Shown piece by piece: positions 44,391-53,337 of a stretch of DNA of 64,000 nucleotides. Made by a program: the position numbers and the translations under genes. A model generated the notes under the pieces. It was not told the DNA's origin, did no database searches, and worked only from the letters and a program-made list of their open reading frames with translations. Position 1 is the first letter of the stretch. Every line of letters starts with the position of its first letter. This DNA is from Candidatus Sumerlaeia bacterium (GTDB taxonomy: Bacteria > Sumerlaeota > Sumerlaeia > SLMS01 > JANRJK01): positions 192,001-256,000 of the forward strand of contig JANRJK010000046.1 in assembly GCA_033764015.1 (NCBI GenBank), written 5' to 3'.

Positions 44391-45385
44391 CCCCGCACGC
44401 CGGGCGCCGTCCCGCGCCGGCGCTCTCCACCTGCACCGTCACCTGGAACTCGGGCGCGAAGCTGGACGCCTTCCTCGCGGGCCTCGAGGCGCTCAAGGCG
44501 GAAGCCCCCTTCCCCTTCGAGGCGATCGTGGTCGATAACGCCTCCTCGGACGGGACTCCGGACCGGATCGAGGCGCGCTGCCCGTGGGTCCGCGTGGTGC
44601 GCAACGACCGCAACGATGGCTTCGCGGGCGGGAGCAACCGCGCCCTCGAAGCCGCGCGCGGAGACCACCTGATGCTGCTGAATCCGGATTGCGTGGCGGA
44701 TGCGCGCGCGCTGGCGGGCATGGTCGGCTACCTGCGGCGGCACCCCTCCGCGGGCGCGGCGGGCTGCGCGCTGCTGCACGGCGACGGGCTTCCGCAGCGC
44801 ACCGCCCACGGCGAGCCCGGCGCGCTGTCGTTCCTCCTCGGCAACTCCTGCCTGTCGCCGCTCTTCGAGCGCGCCGGCAAGGCGTGGCACCGGCTCACGG
44901 GGGGCTCGCGGCGGCCCCGCGCGGTGGGCTGGCTGCAGGGGTCCTGCATCGTCCTGCGCCGCGACGTCTACGAGGCGGTCGGCGGCCTGGACGAAGGCTA
45001 CTTCATGTACTCCGAGGACGCCGACTGGTGCCGCCGGATCCGCGAGGCGGGCTGGCGCGTGGTGTTCCTGCCGAACTTCCGCATGACGCATTTCCAGAAG
45101 ACGAGCGCGAAGGGATCGCCGGAGTTCACCTTCCGCCGCCTCTACCGCAGCATGGCTCTGTACGCGATCAAGTGGATGCCGCCGCCGAAGCGCTTCCTCT
45201 ACTTCGAGGCGCTCAAGGCCGATCTCTGGCTGCGCCAGCCGCTCTATCGCGCCGCGGCGGTGCTGGGCCGCATGGACCCCAAGCGCGCCCGCGGGCGTAT
45301 CGAGTCGTGCCGGGTGCTGATCAAGATGCTCCGCCGCGGCGACCCGGGCTGGCGCGCCGAGGCGCCTCCTTCGGCCGGGCGATGA
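44387..45385 (+). CDS. Glycosyltransferase family 2 (WbbL-like)
   Basis: VTWN, VVDNASSDGT, NDGFAGGSN, LLNPD, GGLDEGYFMYSEDADWC; ATGA overlap with lpxA. Confidence 0.92.
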   Translation: MTPHAGRRPAPALSTCTVTWNSGAKLDAFLAGLEALKAEAPFPFEAIVVDNASSDGTPDRIEARCPWVRVVRNDRNDGFAGGSNRALEAARGDHLMLLNPDCVADARALAGMVGYLRRHPSAGAAGCALLHGDGLPQRTAHGEPGALSFLLGNSCLSPLFERAGKAWHRLTGGSRRPRAVGWLQGSCIVLRRDVYEAVGGLDEGYFMYSEDADWCRRIREAGWRVVFLPNFRMTHFQKTSAKGSPEFTFRRLYRSMALYAIKWMPPPKRFLYFEALKADLWLRQPLYRAAAVLGRMDPKRARGRIESCRVLIKMLRRGDPGWRAEAPPSAGR

Positions 45386-46539
45386 CCCCGCACGTTCTCC
45401 AAATCCTGCGCGGGTTCGAGGACGACGGCCCCGGCCGCCTCGCGCTCGGCGTCGTCAAGAACCTCGACCCCGCCGAGGCGCGCGTCTCCGTGGTGGCGCT
45501 CGCCGCGGACGGCCCGCTCCGCGCGGCGTTCGAACGCGAGGCGGCGCGCCACGGCGGAACCACCGCCGCGCTGCCCACCGGTTGGCTCGGCGTGCGCGCC
45601 GCGGGACGGCGCATCGCCGAACTGGCGCGCGCGCAGGGCGCGACGCACCTGCACGCGCACCTGCTGCGCGCGGACGCCGTGGGGCGCGTCGCGCGCGACC
45701 AGCTCCCCGGGCTGCCCTACTTCGTGACGGAGCACGCGCTGCACGGGTGGGGCGAGCGCGGCCCGCTGCTCCGCCCGCTCGTGCGGCGCTGGTATGTGCG
45801 CTCATTGGATGAGCGCTCGACCATTGTGGCGATTTCCCGTTGGGAGGCGCGGGCCCTCGAGGCGGAGGGCGTCCCCGGCGCCCGCATCCGCACCGTCCTG
45901 AACGGCGTCGACCTCGGGATGTCGCGGATCGCGCCGGAGGCGGAGCGGTCCGCCGCGCGGCGCGCGCTCGGCATCCCGGACGGAGCGGGGCCCGTGCTCC
46001 TGACGCTCGGGGTGCTGACGCGCCGCAAGTCGCCGGAAACGACGCTGCGCGCGGTGGCCGCGCTGCGGTCCGCCGGCATGCCGGCGTGGGCGCTGTTGGC
46101 GGGAACGGGGCCGCGCGCGGAGGAGCTGCGCGCGGTGGCGGATTCGCTCGGCCTGCGCGAAGGCGCGACGCTCGCGGGCTACCTGCCCGATCCGGCGCAG
46201 GCGGTCGCGGCGGCGGACGTGCTGATGCACCCCGCGGTCGAGGAACCCTACGGCCTTGTCGTCGCGGAGGCGCTCGCCAGCGGCCTACCGGTCGTGGCGC
46301 GCGCGGGCACCGGCGCCTCGGAGCTGCTCCCGCCGGCGCCCGACTCGGAGACGGTGGCCGGCGAAGCGCCGGGGGACTGGGCGGCTGCGTCGCGGCGGCT
46401 GGCGGACGCCGTGGCGGCCGACCGGGCGGGGATCGGCGCGCGCTGCCGCGCCCACGCGGAGGCCACGGCGGACCTGCGCCGCTGCGCGGGCGAGTACCTC
46501 GCGCTCTACTCGGAGGCCGCTTCCGCCTCGCGCGCCTGA
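45382..46539 (+). CDS. Glycosyltransferase family 4
   Basis: HAH, TEH, NGVD, RKSP, EPYGLVVAEALASGLPVV; ATGA overlap with GT2. Confidence 0.9.
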   Translation: MTPHVLQILRGFEDDGPGRLALGVVKNLDPAEARVSVVALAADGPLRAAFEREAARHGGTTAALPTGWLGVRAAGRRIAELARAQGATHLHAHLLRADAVGRVARDQLPGLPYFVTEHALHGWGERGPLLRPLVRRWYVRSLDERSTIVAISRWEARALEAEGVPGARIRTVLNGVDLGMSRIAPEAERSAARRALGIPDGAGPVLLTLGVLTRRKSPETTLRAVAALRSAGMPAWALLAGTGPRAEELRAVADSLGLREGATLAGYLPDPAQAVAAADVLMHPAVEEPYGLVVAEALASGLPVVARAGTGASELLPPAPDSETVAGEAPGDWAAASRRLADAVAADRAGIGARCRAHAEATADLRRCAGEYLALYSEAASASRA

Positions 46540-47429
46540 ATCGTCACGACGATCGGCAGGTGGTCGCTCATCTTGCTCATCTCGAACAGCTCGAAGGGCT
46601 TCGCGACCGCCGCGCTGGCGGGGACGATCTCCGGCGCCATCGCCTCGTTGACGTAGATCGAATCGATGTGGCGCGTGGGGTACTCCGCGGGGTGCGTCGG
46701 CGGGAATCCCCATTCCTCGAACGGATTCACGAACGGAAATCCGGTTTTCGTAATTGCCTGGAATTCGGGATTTTCAGGGGCGAAATTCATATCGCCGAAA
46801 ACCAGGAAATTCCCGCCCGGCGTCACCTTCAGGTAGCGCGCCGCCTCGCGCTTCAGCAGCTCGATCTGCCCGGTCCGCGTGGCGCGGTCCTCGTCCTTCG
46901 CGCCCGCCTTGAGGTGCACGCATCCGAGGAGGAACGTGTAGTCCTCGGAGGGCCGCACCTCGACGATCATCATGCGCCCGTTGAGGAAGAACTGGTTGCC
47001 GCCCTTGCCGTCGGTGCTCTCCGCCGCCTTCAGCGTGACGATCGGGCCGAGCGGCACGCGGCTGAAGACGACGATGTTCTGGTACCAGCTCTCGTCGCGC
47101 GCGCCGACGATGCGCGTGTAGCCCAGCTCCGGCAGGTGGCGCAGCGCGTAGTCGCGCCCCCACGCTTCGCCTTCGATTTCCGAGGCCACCAGGATATCCG
47201 CGTTCAATTCGGAAATCACCTCGGCCATTTTCGCCAATTCCGCGTCGTCGCGCCCCGTGGTGTTCTCGAGGTCGGAGTCGACGTAGGGGTCGTCGTTGGC
47301 GTCGACGAAGTGCTCCATGTTCCAGAAGGCGAGGCGGAGCTCGCGTGGAGCGGGGTCCTCCTGCGCCGTCGCGGATTGGGCGGTGGCGAGGATCGCCGAG
47401 ACGGCGGCTGCGAGGAGTGCGCGGTGCAT
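46506..47429 (-). CDS. Exported endonuclease/exonuclease/phosphatase (EEP) family protein
   Basis: Signal peptide; FWNMEHF, ADILVASE, HLKA, GDMN, IDSI, SDHLPI. Its 3' end overlaps GT4 by 34 bp. Confidence 0.88.
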   Translation of the reverse strand: MHRALLAAAVSAILATAQSATAQEDPAPRELRLAFWNMEHFVDANDDPYVDSDLENTTGRDDAELAKMAEVISELNADILVASEIEGEAWGRDYALRHLPELGYTRIVGARDESWYQNIVVFSRVPLGPIVTLKAAESTDGKGGNQFFLNGRMMIVEVRPSEDYTFLLGCVHLKAGAKDEDRATRTGQIELLKREAARYLKVTPGGNFLVFGDMNFAPENPEFQAITKTGFPFVNPFEEWGFPPTHPAEYPTRHIDSIYVNEAMAPEIVPASAAVAKPFELFEMSKMSDHLPIVVTIQAREAEAASE

Positions 47430-47526
47430 GGGACGCTCCGGGGAGGGGAAAAGGGACGCCGCTCCGCACGGGGGCGGAGCGGCGTCAGGAGATGTTCCGC
47501 CTCGGAGGGCGGGCAAGCGGAGCCGG

Positions 47527-48528
47527 TCAGGGAACCCAGAGGTACTGGAACACCTCGGACTTGGGAGCCTGCGGGCCGGCGCCGGAGACATTGAGCAGGT
47601 TGAGCTGCGTCTGCACGCCCGCGCTGGCGGGAACGGCGGCGGGAGCCTTGACGTAGAAGCTCTCGGCGGTGCGGTTGCTCGTCTTGCGGTAGAGCACGAC
47701 GGTGGGCTTGGAGCCCTCCTTGTACTGGTTGGCGGCGTGGTCGATGACCTCGTCGAGGTACATGATGCCGTCCACCAGGCCGGCGTCGTAGGCCTGCGAC
47801 GCGGTGTAGACGCGCCCGTCGGCGAGCTTGCGGATCGTGGCTTCATCCAGGTCCGTCCGGTTCTTGCCGACGATTTCGACGAAGTTGCCGTACATGTCGT
47901 CGATGATCGACTGCATGATGGCGCGCTCTTCGGGCGACATCTGCTTCCAGAAGCCGCCGATGTCCTTGTTGGCGCCGCTCTTGATGACTTCGAATCCGAC
48001 GCCGAGTTTGTCGCCGAGGCCCTTCATCTGCGGGAACATGGCGATCACGCCGATGGAACCGGTGACGGTGGTGGGGTGGGCGTAGATTTCGTCGCTGGCC
48101 ATGGCGATGTAGTATCCGCCGGAGGCCGCGAGATCGAGCATCGACGTGTAGATCGGCACGCCGGTCTCCTCCTTGTACTTGAGGAGCTCCTTGTAGATGA
48201 CGTCGCTGGCGGTGACGCCGCCGCCCGGCGAGTCCACGCGCAGGACCACAGCGCGGATGCGGTCGTCCTCGCGCGCCTTGCCCAGCTTCTCGGTCACTTC
48301 CACCACAGTGCTGCCGCTCGAGAAGAAGCCGGAGCTGTCCGGTCCGCCGGTGATGGCGCCGTCCACATCGAGCACCAGGATCTTGCCCGCGCCGTAGCGT
48401 CCGTCGCGGAGGGTCACTTCCTCGTAGGCGGCGGTGCCGCCCAGTCCCGACAGCGGGACGATGATGCACCCCTGCGCGAGCAGGAGCACGGCCAGAACCA
48501 GCGACATCAGGGCGGTGCGAATTGCCAT
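47527..48528 (-). CDS. sppA: Signal peptide peptidase SppA (S49), lipoprotein
   Basis: Lipobox-like LAQGC, VDSPGG, AASGGYY, GSIGV, KSG.NKD, ADGRVY. Confidence 0.93.
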   Translation of the reverse strand: MAIRTALMSLVLAVLLLAQGCIIVPLSGLGGTAAYEEVTLRDGRYGAGKILVLDVDGAITGGPDSSGFFSSGSTVVEVTEKLGKAREDDRIRAVVLRVDSPGGGVTASDVIYKELLKYKEETGVPIYTSMLDLAASGGYYIAMASDEIYAHPTTVTGSIGVIAMFPQMKGLGDKLGVGFEVIKSGANKDIGGFWKQMSPEERAIMQSIIDDMYGNFVEIVGKNRTDLDEATIRKLADGRVYTASQAYDAGLVDGIMYLDEVIDHAANQYKEGSKPTVVLYRKTSNRTAESFYVKAPAAVPASAGVQTQLNLLNVSGAGPQAPKSEVFQYLWVP

Positions 48529-48609
48529 CAGTGGTTTTTCCTTTCCTCACTAGGGGCCGGGAAGTCGTCCTACGGCCCGCGGTTGGTCATCCCTTCGGCA
48601 GGTGACACG

Positions 48610-49452
48610 TTGGCTACGCGCCAGGTGCTCGAAGTCTTCAGTCTCGACGCGGCGGGTAACACCTTCGCCGGGGTGGACTGGCGCGGACGCCCCCCCTTGG
48701 GGGATGCGGAGGCGGCCGCCCTCGCACGCCGGCTCTGCGCCGAGCCGGGCCGGGAGGTCGACGGCCTGCTGCTCCTGGAAGCGGCGCCGGGGGCCGATTT
48801 CGCCATGCACTACCGCAACCGCGACGGCAGCCGCGCCGGCTACTGCGGCAACGGCACGCGCGCCATCGCGCTGCTCGCCGGGCTGGTCGGCGCCGCCGGG
48901 ACGGAAATGCGGTTCGCCACGGACGCGGGCTTCACGGAGGCCCGCCGGCTCGGCGCGGAGCGCTTCGAGGCGGCCTTTCCCGACCCGCGGACGGAGTACC
49001 GCGCCGGCGCGCTGGACCGGCGGGGGGCGCCGCCCGCGGACTTCATCGACACCGGCGTGCCCCACGCGCTCGTCTGGACCGATGGGGAGCCGGACTCCGG
49101 AGCGCTGTCGCTGGCGGCGGCGGAGCTCCGCTGGCACCCCGGCGCCGGGGCCGGGGGGGCGAACGTCAATCTCGCCCGGGACTCCGGCGCCGGGGGGGTC
49201 CGCCTGCGCACCTTCGAGCGCGGCGTGGAAGCGGAAACCCGCGCCTGCGGCACCGGCGCCGTGGCGGCGGCCATCGGCGCCGCCGTCCGCGCAGGGCGTT
49301 CCGGACCGCAGCGCGGAGCCGTCGTTCCCACGGGCGGCGCGGCGTTGGAGGTGTCCTTCGAATTGCGGGGCACCCGGGCGTGCGGTGTGTGCCTGGCGGG
49401 GCCGGCGGTGGTGCTCGGGGTGCGCCGTTCCGAGTGGCCGCTAGAAGGCTGA
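48610..49452 (+). CDS. dapF: Diaminopimelate epimerase
   Basis: GNTF, DGLL, NRDGS...YCGNG, TGVPH, ANVN, RTFERGVE.ETRACGTG, with both catalytic Cys present. Start uncertain (TTG 48610). Confidence 0.8.
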   Translation: MATRQVLEVFSLDAAGNTFAGVDWRGRPPLGDAEAAALARRLCAEPGREVDGLLLLEAAPGADFAMHYRNRDGSRAGYCGNGTRAIALLAGLVGAAGTEMRFATDAGFTEARRLGAERFEAAFPDPRTEYRAGALDRRGAPPADFIDTGVPHALVWTDGEPDSGALSLAAAELRWHPGAGAGGANVNLARDSGAGGVRLRTFERGVEAETRACGTGAVAAAIGAAVRAGRSGPQRGAVVPTGGAALEVSFELRGTRACGVCLAGPAVVLGVRRSEWPLEG

Positions 49453-49564
49453 CGGCCCTCCTGCGGGACTTGCCCGGAGGGCGTCCGCCACCCAGAGTGC
49501 CCCTGCGAAGAACTCCATCCGGCGTCCCCGTTCCGGCGGGCCCCGCCCCGACAGGAACGCGACG

Positions 49565-50893
49565 TTGACCCACGAGATCCCCGTCTTCCCGATCGAAACG
49601 CCGGCGATCCGCCCGCTCGAGATGATCCCCCTCGAGCAGCGCGGCCAGCCCTTCCTGCTGGTGCGCGACCCGCTCGGCGTGATCCCCCAGCCCGTCGGCC
49701 TGGCGGTGGACCCGATGCTGCTGATCGTGCTGCAGCTCGCGGACGGCCAGCGCACCATCGGCGAGATGGCCTCCGTCGCCACGCAGGCGACCGGGCACAT
49801 CATCTCGCACGAGGTGCTGCGCGACGTGGTGCGCCAGCTCGACGAGGCGCTCCTGCTCCAGTCCGAGCGCTTCGTCGCCGCGTGGACCGCCAAGCGCGAG
49901 GCGTACGCCAAGGAGACGGTCCGCAAGTCCTCCGTGTTCCCGATCCCGGCGGCGATGGACCGCTTGGCGGTGATCGCGGAGCTGGGCAAGGAATTCCGCC
50001 GCCACCTGATGTCGTCGATCTCGCCGCCGGAGCGGCTCGACCTCGCGGCCGGGTCGGTGCAGGGCGTCCTCGCGCCGCACATCGACTACCAGCGCGGCGG
50101 CGAGGTGTACGCCTGGTCCTACAAGGCGCTCGCGGAGCACGGCCGGTCGCCCGACACCTACTTCATCCTCGGCGTGGTGCACCGCCCCGCGATGCACCGC
50201 TTCATCGCCACGCGCAAGCACTTCGAAACGCCGTTCGGAACCGTGCCGTGCGACACGGCGCTGCTGGACGAGTTCGCCGCGGACTTCGGCGGGATGCTGT
50301 TCGAGGACGAGTACCAGCACGCGGCGGAGCACTCGATCGAGCTGCAGGTGGTCTACCTGAAGAAGATGCTGGGCGACCGCCCCTTCAAGGTCGTGCCGGT
50401 GCTGGTCTCTAGCTTCGACGACCTGCTCGAGGCGGAGGGTCCGCCCAAGGTTGCGGATCCGGAAGTGGGCGCCTTCGCGGGCGCGCTGCGCCGGCTGCTC
50501 GAGAAGCACGGCAGCCGCGTCGCGCTGGTCGGCGGCGTGGACTTCTCGCACTGCGGGCCGGAGTTCGGCGACGAGGAGCTGAACGAGCCGGCGCGCTGCG
50601 AGCAGATCAAGGGCGGCGACCGCGCGGCGCTGGACGCGATCGAGCGCGTGGACGCGGAGGCGTTCTTCGACTCCTTCCGCCCCGACTTCAACTCGCGCAA
50701 GGTCTGCAGCGTCGGGCCGATCTACCTCGCGCTGGACGCCATGGCGGGGCGCGCGGAGGCACGCGTGCTGAAGTACCACCAGGCGAACTCGCCGGACCGC
50801 TCGTGCCTCGTGTCCTTCGCGAGCGTCGCCTTCACCACGCCGACGCCCGGCGAGCGGAAGAACCCGGGCGGCAAGATCATCCTGCTGGGCTGA
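49565..50893 (+). CDS. AmmeMemoRadiSam system protein B (MEMO1 family), long form
   Basis: APHIDY.RGG..Y, LGVVH, TPFG, EHSIELQ, DFSHCGP.FGD, VSFAS. Confidence 0.85.
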   Translation: MTHEIPVFPIETPAIRPLEMIPLEQRGQPFLLVRDPLGVIPQPVGLAVDPMLLIVLQLADGQRTIGEMASVATQATGHIISHEVLRDVVRQLDEALLLQSERFVAAWTAKREAYAKETVRKSSVFPIPAAMDRLAVIAELGKEFRRHLMSSISPPERLDLAAGSVQGVLAPHIDYQRGGEVYAWSYKALAEHGRSPDTYFILGVVHRPAMHRFIATRKHFETPFGTVPCDTALLDEFAADFGGMLFEDEYQHAAEHSIELQVVYLKKMLGDRPFKVVPVLVSSFDDLLEAEGPPKVADPEVGAFAGALRRLLEKHGSRVALVGGVDFSHCGPEFGDEELNEPARCEQIKGGDRAALDAIERVDAEAFFDSFRPDFNSRKVCSVGPIYLALDAMAGRAEARVLKYHQANSPDRSCLVSFASVAFTTPTPGERKNPGGKIILLG

Positions 50894-50899
50894 CCGCGG

Positions 50900-52195
50900 T
50901 CAGCGCTTCAGCAGCGCCTCGATGTCCGCCTGCGCGCGCGGCAGCTCCTCCGCGGGCTCCGCGCCGCCGGTGAGTACCGCGTGCCCGGCGGAGGCGTAGA
51001 TGCTCGACAGCTCGTTGTAGTAGCGCCCCGCCGCCGTGGTGGGGCGCGGCACGGCGTTCTCGAAGATCGCGCGCATCTCCGGGAAGAACGGGATCGCCGC
51101 GGCGATCTCCGGGTCGTCGTAGAGGCTCCGCGCGGTCGCGAGGTAGTTCCCCCGCAGCGCGCGCTCCTTCTGCGCATCCAGCGACGCCGCCAGCGCGACG
51201 AACTGGATCGCGAGCTCCGTGTGCCGGCTGTGGCGCGAGACCGCGAGCATCTGCCCGCCGAGGGTTCCCGCGGAACGCTCCCCGCCGGGGAGCGGCGCGA
51301 CGGCGAACTTGCCCCGCACCGGCGAGCCCTCCGCCTGCCCCGGCGCGTAGGCGTAGGGCCAGTTGCGCATGAACGCCGCGTTGCCGGACTGCCAGACGCC
51401 CCGCGATTCCTCCTCGCCGTATGACAGGACGCCGGGCGGCGAGATCGTGCCGACCCAGCCGCGCGCCCGCAGGAGCATTTCCGCCAGCGCGGGTTCGTCC
51501 ACGCGCACCGCGCCCGCGCCGTCGAGGACCGGCGCGCCGCCGTTCGACACCTGCCACTCGAGCATGTTGCAGGTGAGGCCCTCGTAGGAGCGCCCCTGCC
51601 AGACGTAGCCCCAGAAGCTCGCGCTTCCCGCGGCGCGCTCGCCCTCCATGATCGCGCGGGCCATCGACTCGAGCTCGTCCCACGTCTTCGGCGGCGCCTC
51701 GAAGCCGTACTTCTCCAGCAGGTCCGAGCGGTAGTAGAGCACCGGCGCGTCGACGTAGTAGGGCGCCATCACCAGCTTGCCGTCATAGGTGTTGTTGGCC
51801 ATGACGCTCGGGAACGTCTCGGTCTCGAGCGCGGGGCGGAGCGCTTCCAGGTCGGCGAAGTGCGGCCCGAGCATCCCGGTCCAGACCACGTCGCACATGT
51901 AGACGTCGACGTCGGGCGACTTGGCGCCGAGGAAGTTCAGGTACTGGGTGAGGCGCTCGTTGCCGTCATTGGGGGTGATGACGAACTCGACCTTCGCGCC
52001 GGTCTCGGACTCGAAGCCGGCGGCGAGTCCGCGCATCACTTCGAGGGCGGCGCCGACATTGTCGTGCATGACGCGGAGCGTGGGGGCGCTGGGTTCCGCC
52101 GCGCCCCGCGCGGGGGCCTCCGGGTTCTCGCGGCAGCCGGCGGCGAGCACCGCGGCGGCGAGCAGGGACGGCAGGGCGCGCGGGAAGGTGCGCAT
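50900..52195 (-). CDS. Sugar ABC transporter substrate-binding lipoprotein (trehalose/maltose type)
   Basis: Lipobox LAAGC; DVVW, LYYRSDLL.KYG, PKTWDEL, GYVWQG..YEGLTC, FMRNWPYAY, TLGG. Confidence 0.88.
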   Translation of the reverse strand: MRTFPRALPSLLAAAVLAAGCRENPEAPARGAAEPSAPTLRVMHDNVGAALEVMRGLAAGFESETGAKVEFVITPNDGNERLTQYLNFLGAKSPDVDVYMCDVVWTGMLGPHFADLEALRPALETETFPSVMANNTYDGKLVMAPYYVDAPVLYYRSDLLEKYGFEAPPKTWDELESMARAIMEGERAAGSASFWGYVWQGRSYEGLTCNMLEWQVSNGGAPVLDGAGAVRVDEPALAEMLLRARGWVGTISPPGVLSYGEEESRGVWQSGNAAFMRNWPYAYAPGQAEGSPVRGKFAVAPLPGGERSAGTLGGQMLAVSRHSRHTELAIQFVALAASLDAQKERALRGNYLATARSLYDDPEIAAAIPFFPEMRAIFENAVPRPTTAAGRYYNELSSIYASAGHAVLTGGAEPAEELPRAQADIEALLKR

Positions 52196-52278
52196 GGCGG
52201 GGCCTCCGGATCGGGTGTGCGCGCGGCTGCGCCGCGTCGGGAAGTGCGGGATGCGCCGGACCGCGTCCGGCGAGGGGG

Positions 52279-53151
52279 CTATTCCTCGCCGCGCTGGTCG
52301 AGGCGCTCCTCGTACTCGGCGTAGTGGATCAGGTCGTAGAACTGCTGGCGCGTCATCATGGTTTCGAGGAGCCCCTCCTGCGTGCCGTCCACTTGGAGCT
52401 GGTGGACCGCGCGGGCGGCGGCGCCCATCGCGACGCGGAAAAGCGTGAGCGGGTACAGCACGATGCGCACGCCGGCGCTGTGGAGCTGCTGCTGCGTGTA
52501 GATCGGCGTCTTGCCGAACTCCGTGATGTTCGCCAGCACCGGGATGTCGACGGCCTCGGCGATCTTGGCGTAGTGCTCCAGGTCGACGATGGCCTCGGGG
52601 AAGATGGCGTCGGCGCCGGCGTCGGCGTAGCGCTTGCAGCGCTCGATGGTCTCGTCGAGCCCCTCGACCGCGAACGCGTCGGTGCGGGCGATGACGTAGA
52701 AGGCGGGTGACGCCTCGCGGCGCGCGGCGGCGGCGGCGCGGACGCGGGCCACCATCTCGGCCGCGGGGACGACGCGCTTGCCGGGGCGGTGGCCGCAGCG
52801 CTTGGCGCCCTCCTGGTCCTCGATGTGGCAGGCGGCGGCGCCGGCGTGGATCAGCTCGCGCACGCAGCGCTCGACGTTGAGTTCGCTGCCGAAGCCGGTG
52901 TCGACATCCACCAGCAGCGGGAGGTTCGGAACGGCGGCGGTGATGCGGCGCGCTTCGGCGACCACCTCGGTCATCGAGATCATGCCGAGGTCCGGCAAGC
53001 CGTAGGCGGCGGCGACGCCGGAGCCGGAGAGGTAGGCGGCCTTGAAGCCGGCGCGCTGCACGAGCATCGCCACGGCGGGATGGAAGACGCCGACGACCTT
53101 GAGCGGTCGTTCGTTCGCCACGGCCTCACGGAAACGCGATCCCGGCTGCAT
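52279..53151 (-). CDS. prpB: 2-methylisocitrate lyase
   Basis: [50 protein letters not shown]. Confidence 0.9.
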   Translation of the reverse strand: MQPGSRFREAVANERPLKVVGVFHPAVAMLVQRAGFKAAYLSGSGVAAAYGLPDLGMISMTEVVAEARRITAAVPNLPLLVDVDTGFGSELNVERCVRELIHAGAAACHIEDQEGAKRCGHRPGKRVVPAAEMVARVRAAAAARREASPAFYVIARTDAFAVEGLDETIERCKRYADAGADAIFPEAIVDLEHYAKIAEAVDIPVLANITEFGKTPIYTQQQLHSAGVRIVLYPLTLFRVAMGAAARAVHQLQVDGTQEGLLETMMTRQQFYDLIHYAEYEERLDQRGEE

Positions 53152-53192
53152 CGATGGCCTCGGTTCCGCGCGGACCTGCCCGCCCGCGCCGG

Positions 53193-53214
53193 AGATGTTG
53201 GATGCGTAACATCT
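53193..53214. promoter_or_regulatory. Palindromic candidate operator between divergent prpB and tkt
   Basis: AGATGTT-N8-AACATCT, a perfect AT-rich inverted repeat in GC-rich DNA. Confidence 0.5.
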
Positions 53215-53337
53215 ATAGGGGACCCGCCCCCCGGTCCAGCGGGATCGCCACCGGCCGCTCGGAAATCCGTTGGCGCCCGCGCGCAGGCCGCCGGTAGCCT
53301 CCCGGGAGAACCACACGTCCCGCACGGAGCCCACGCC

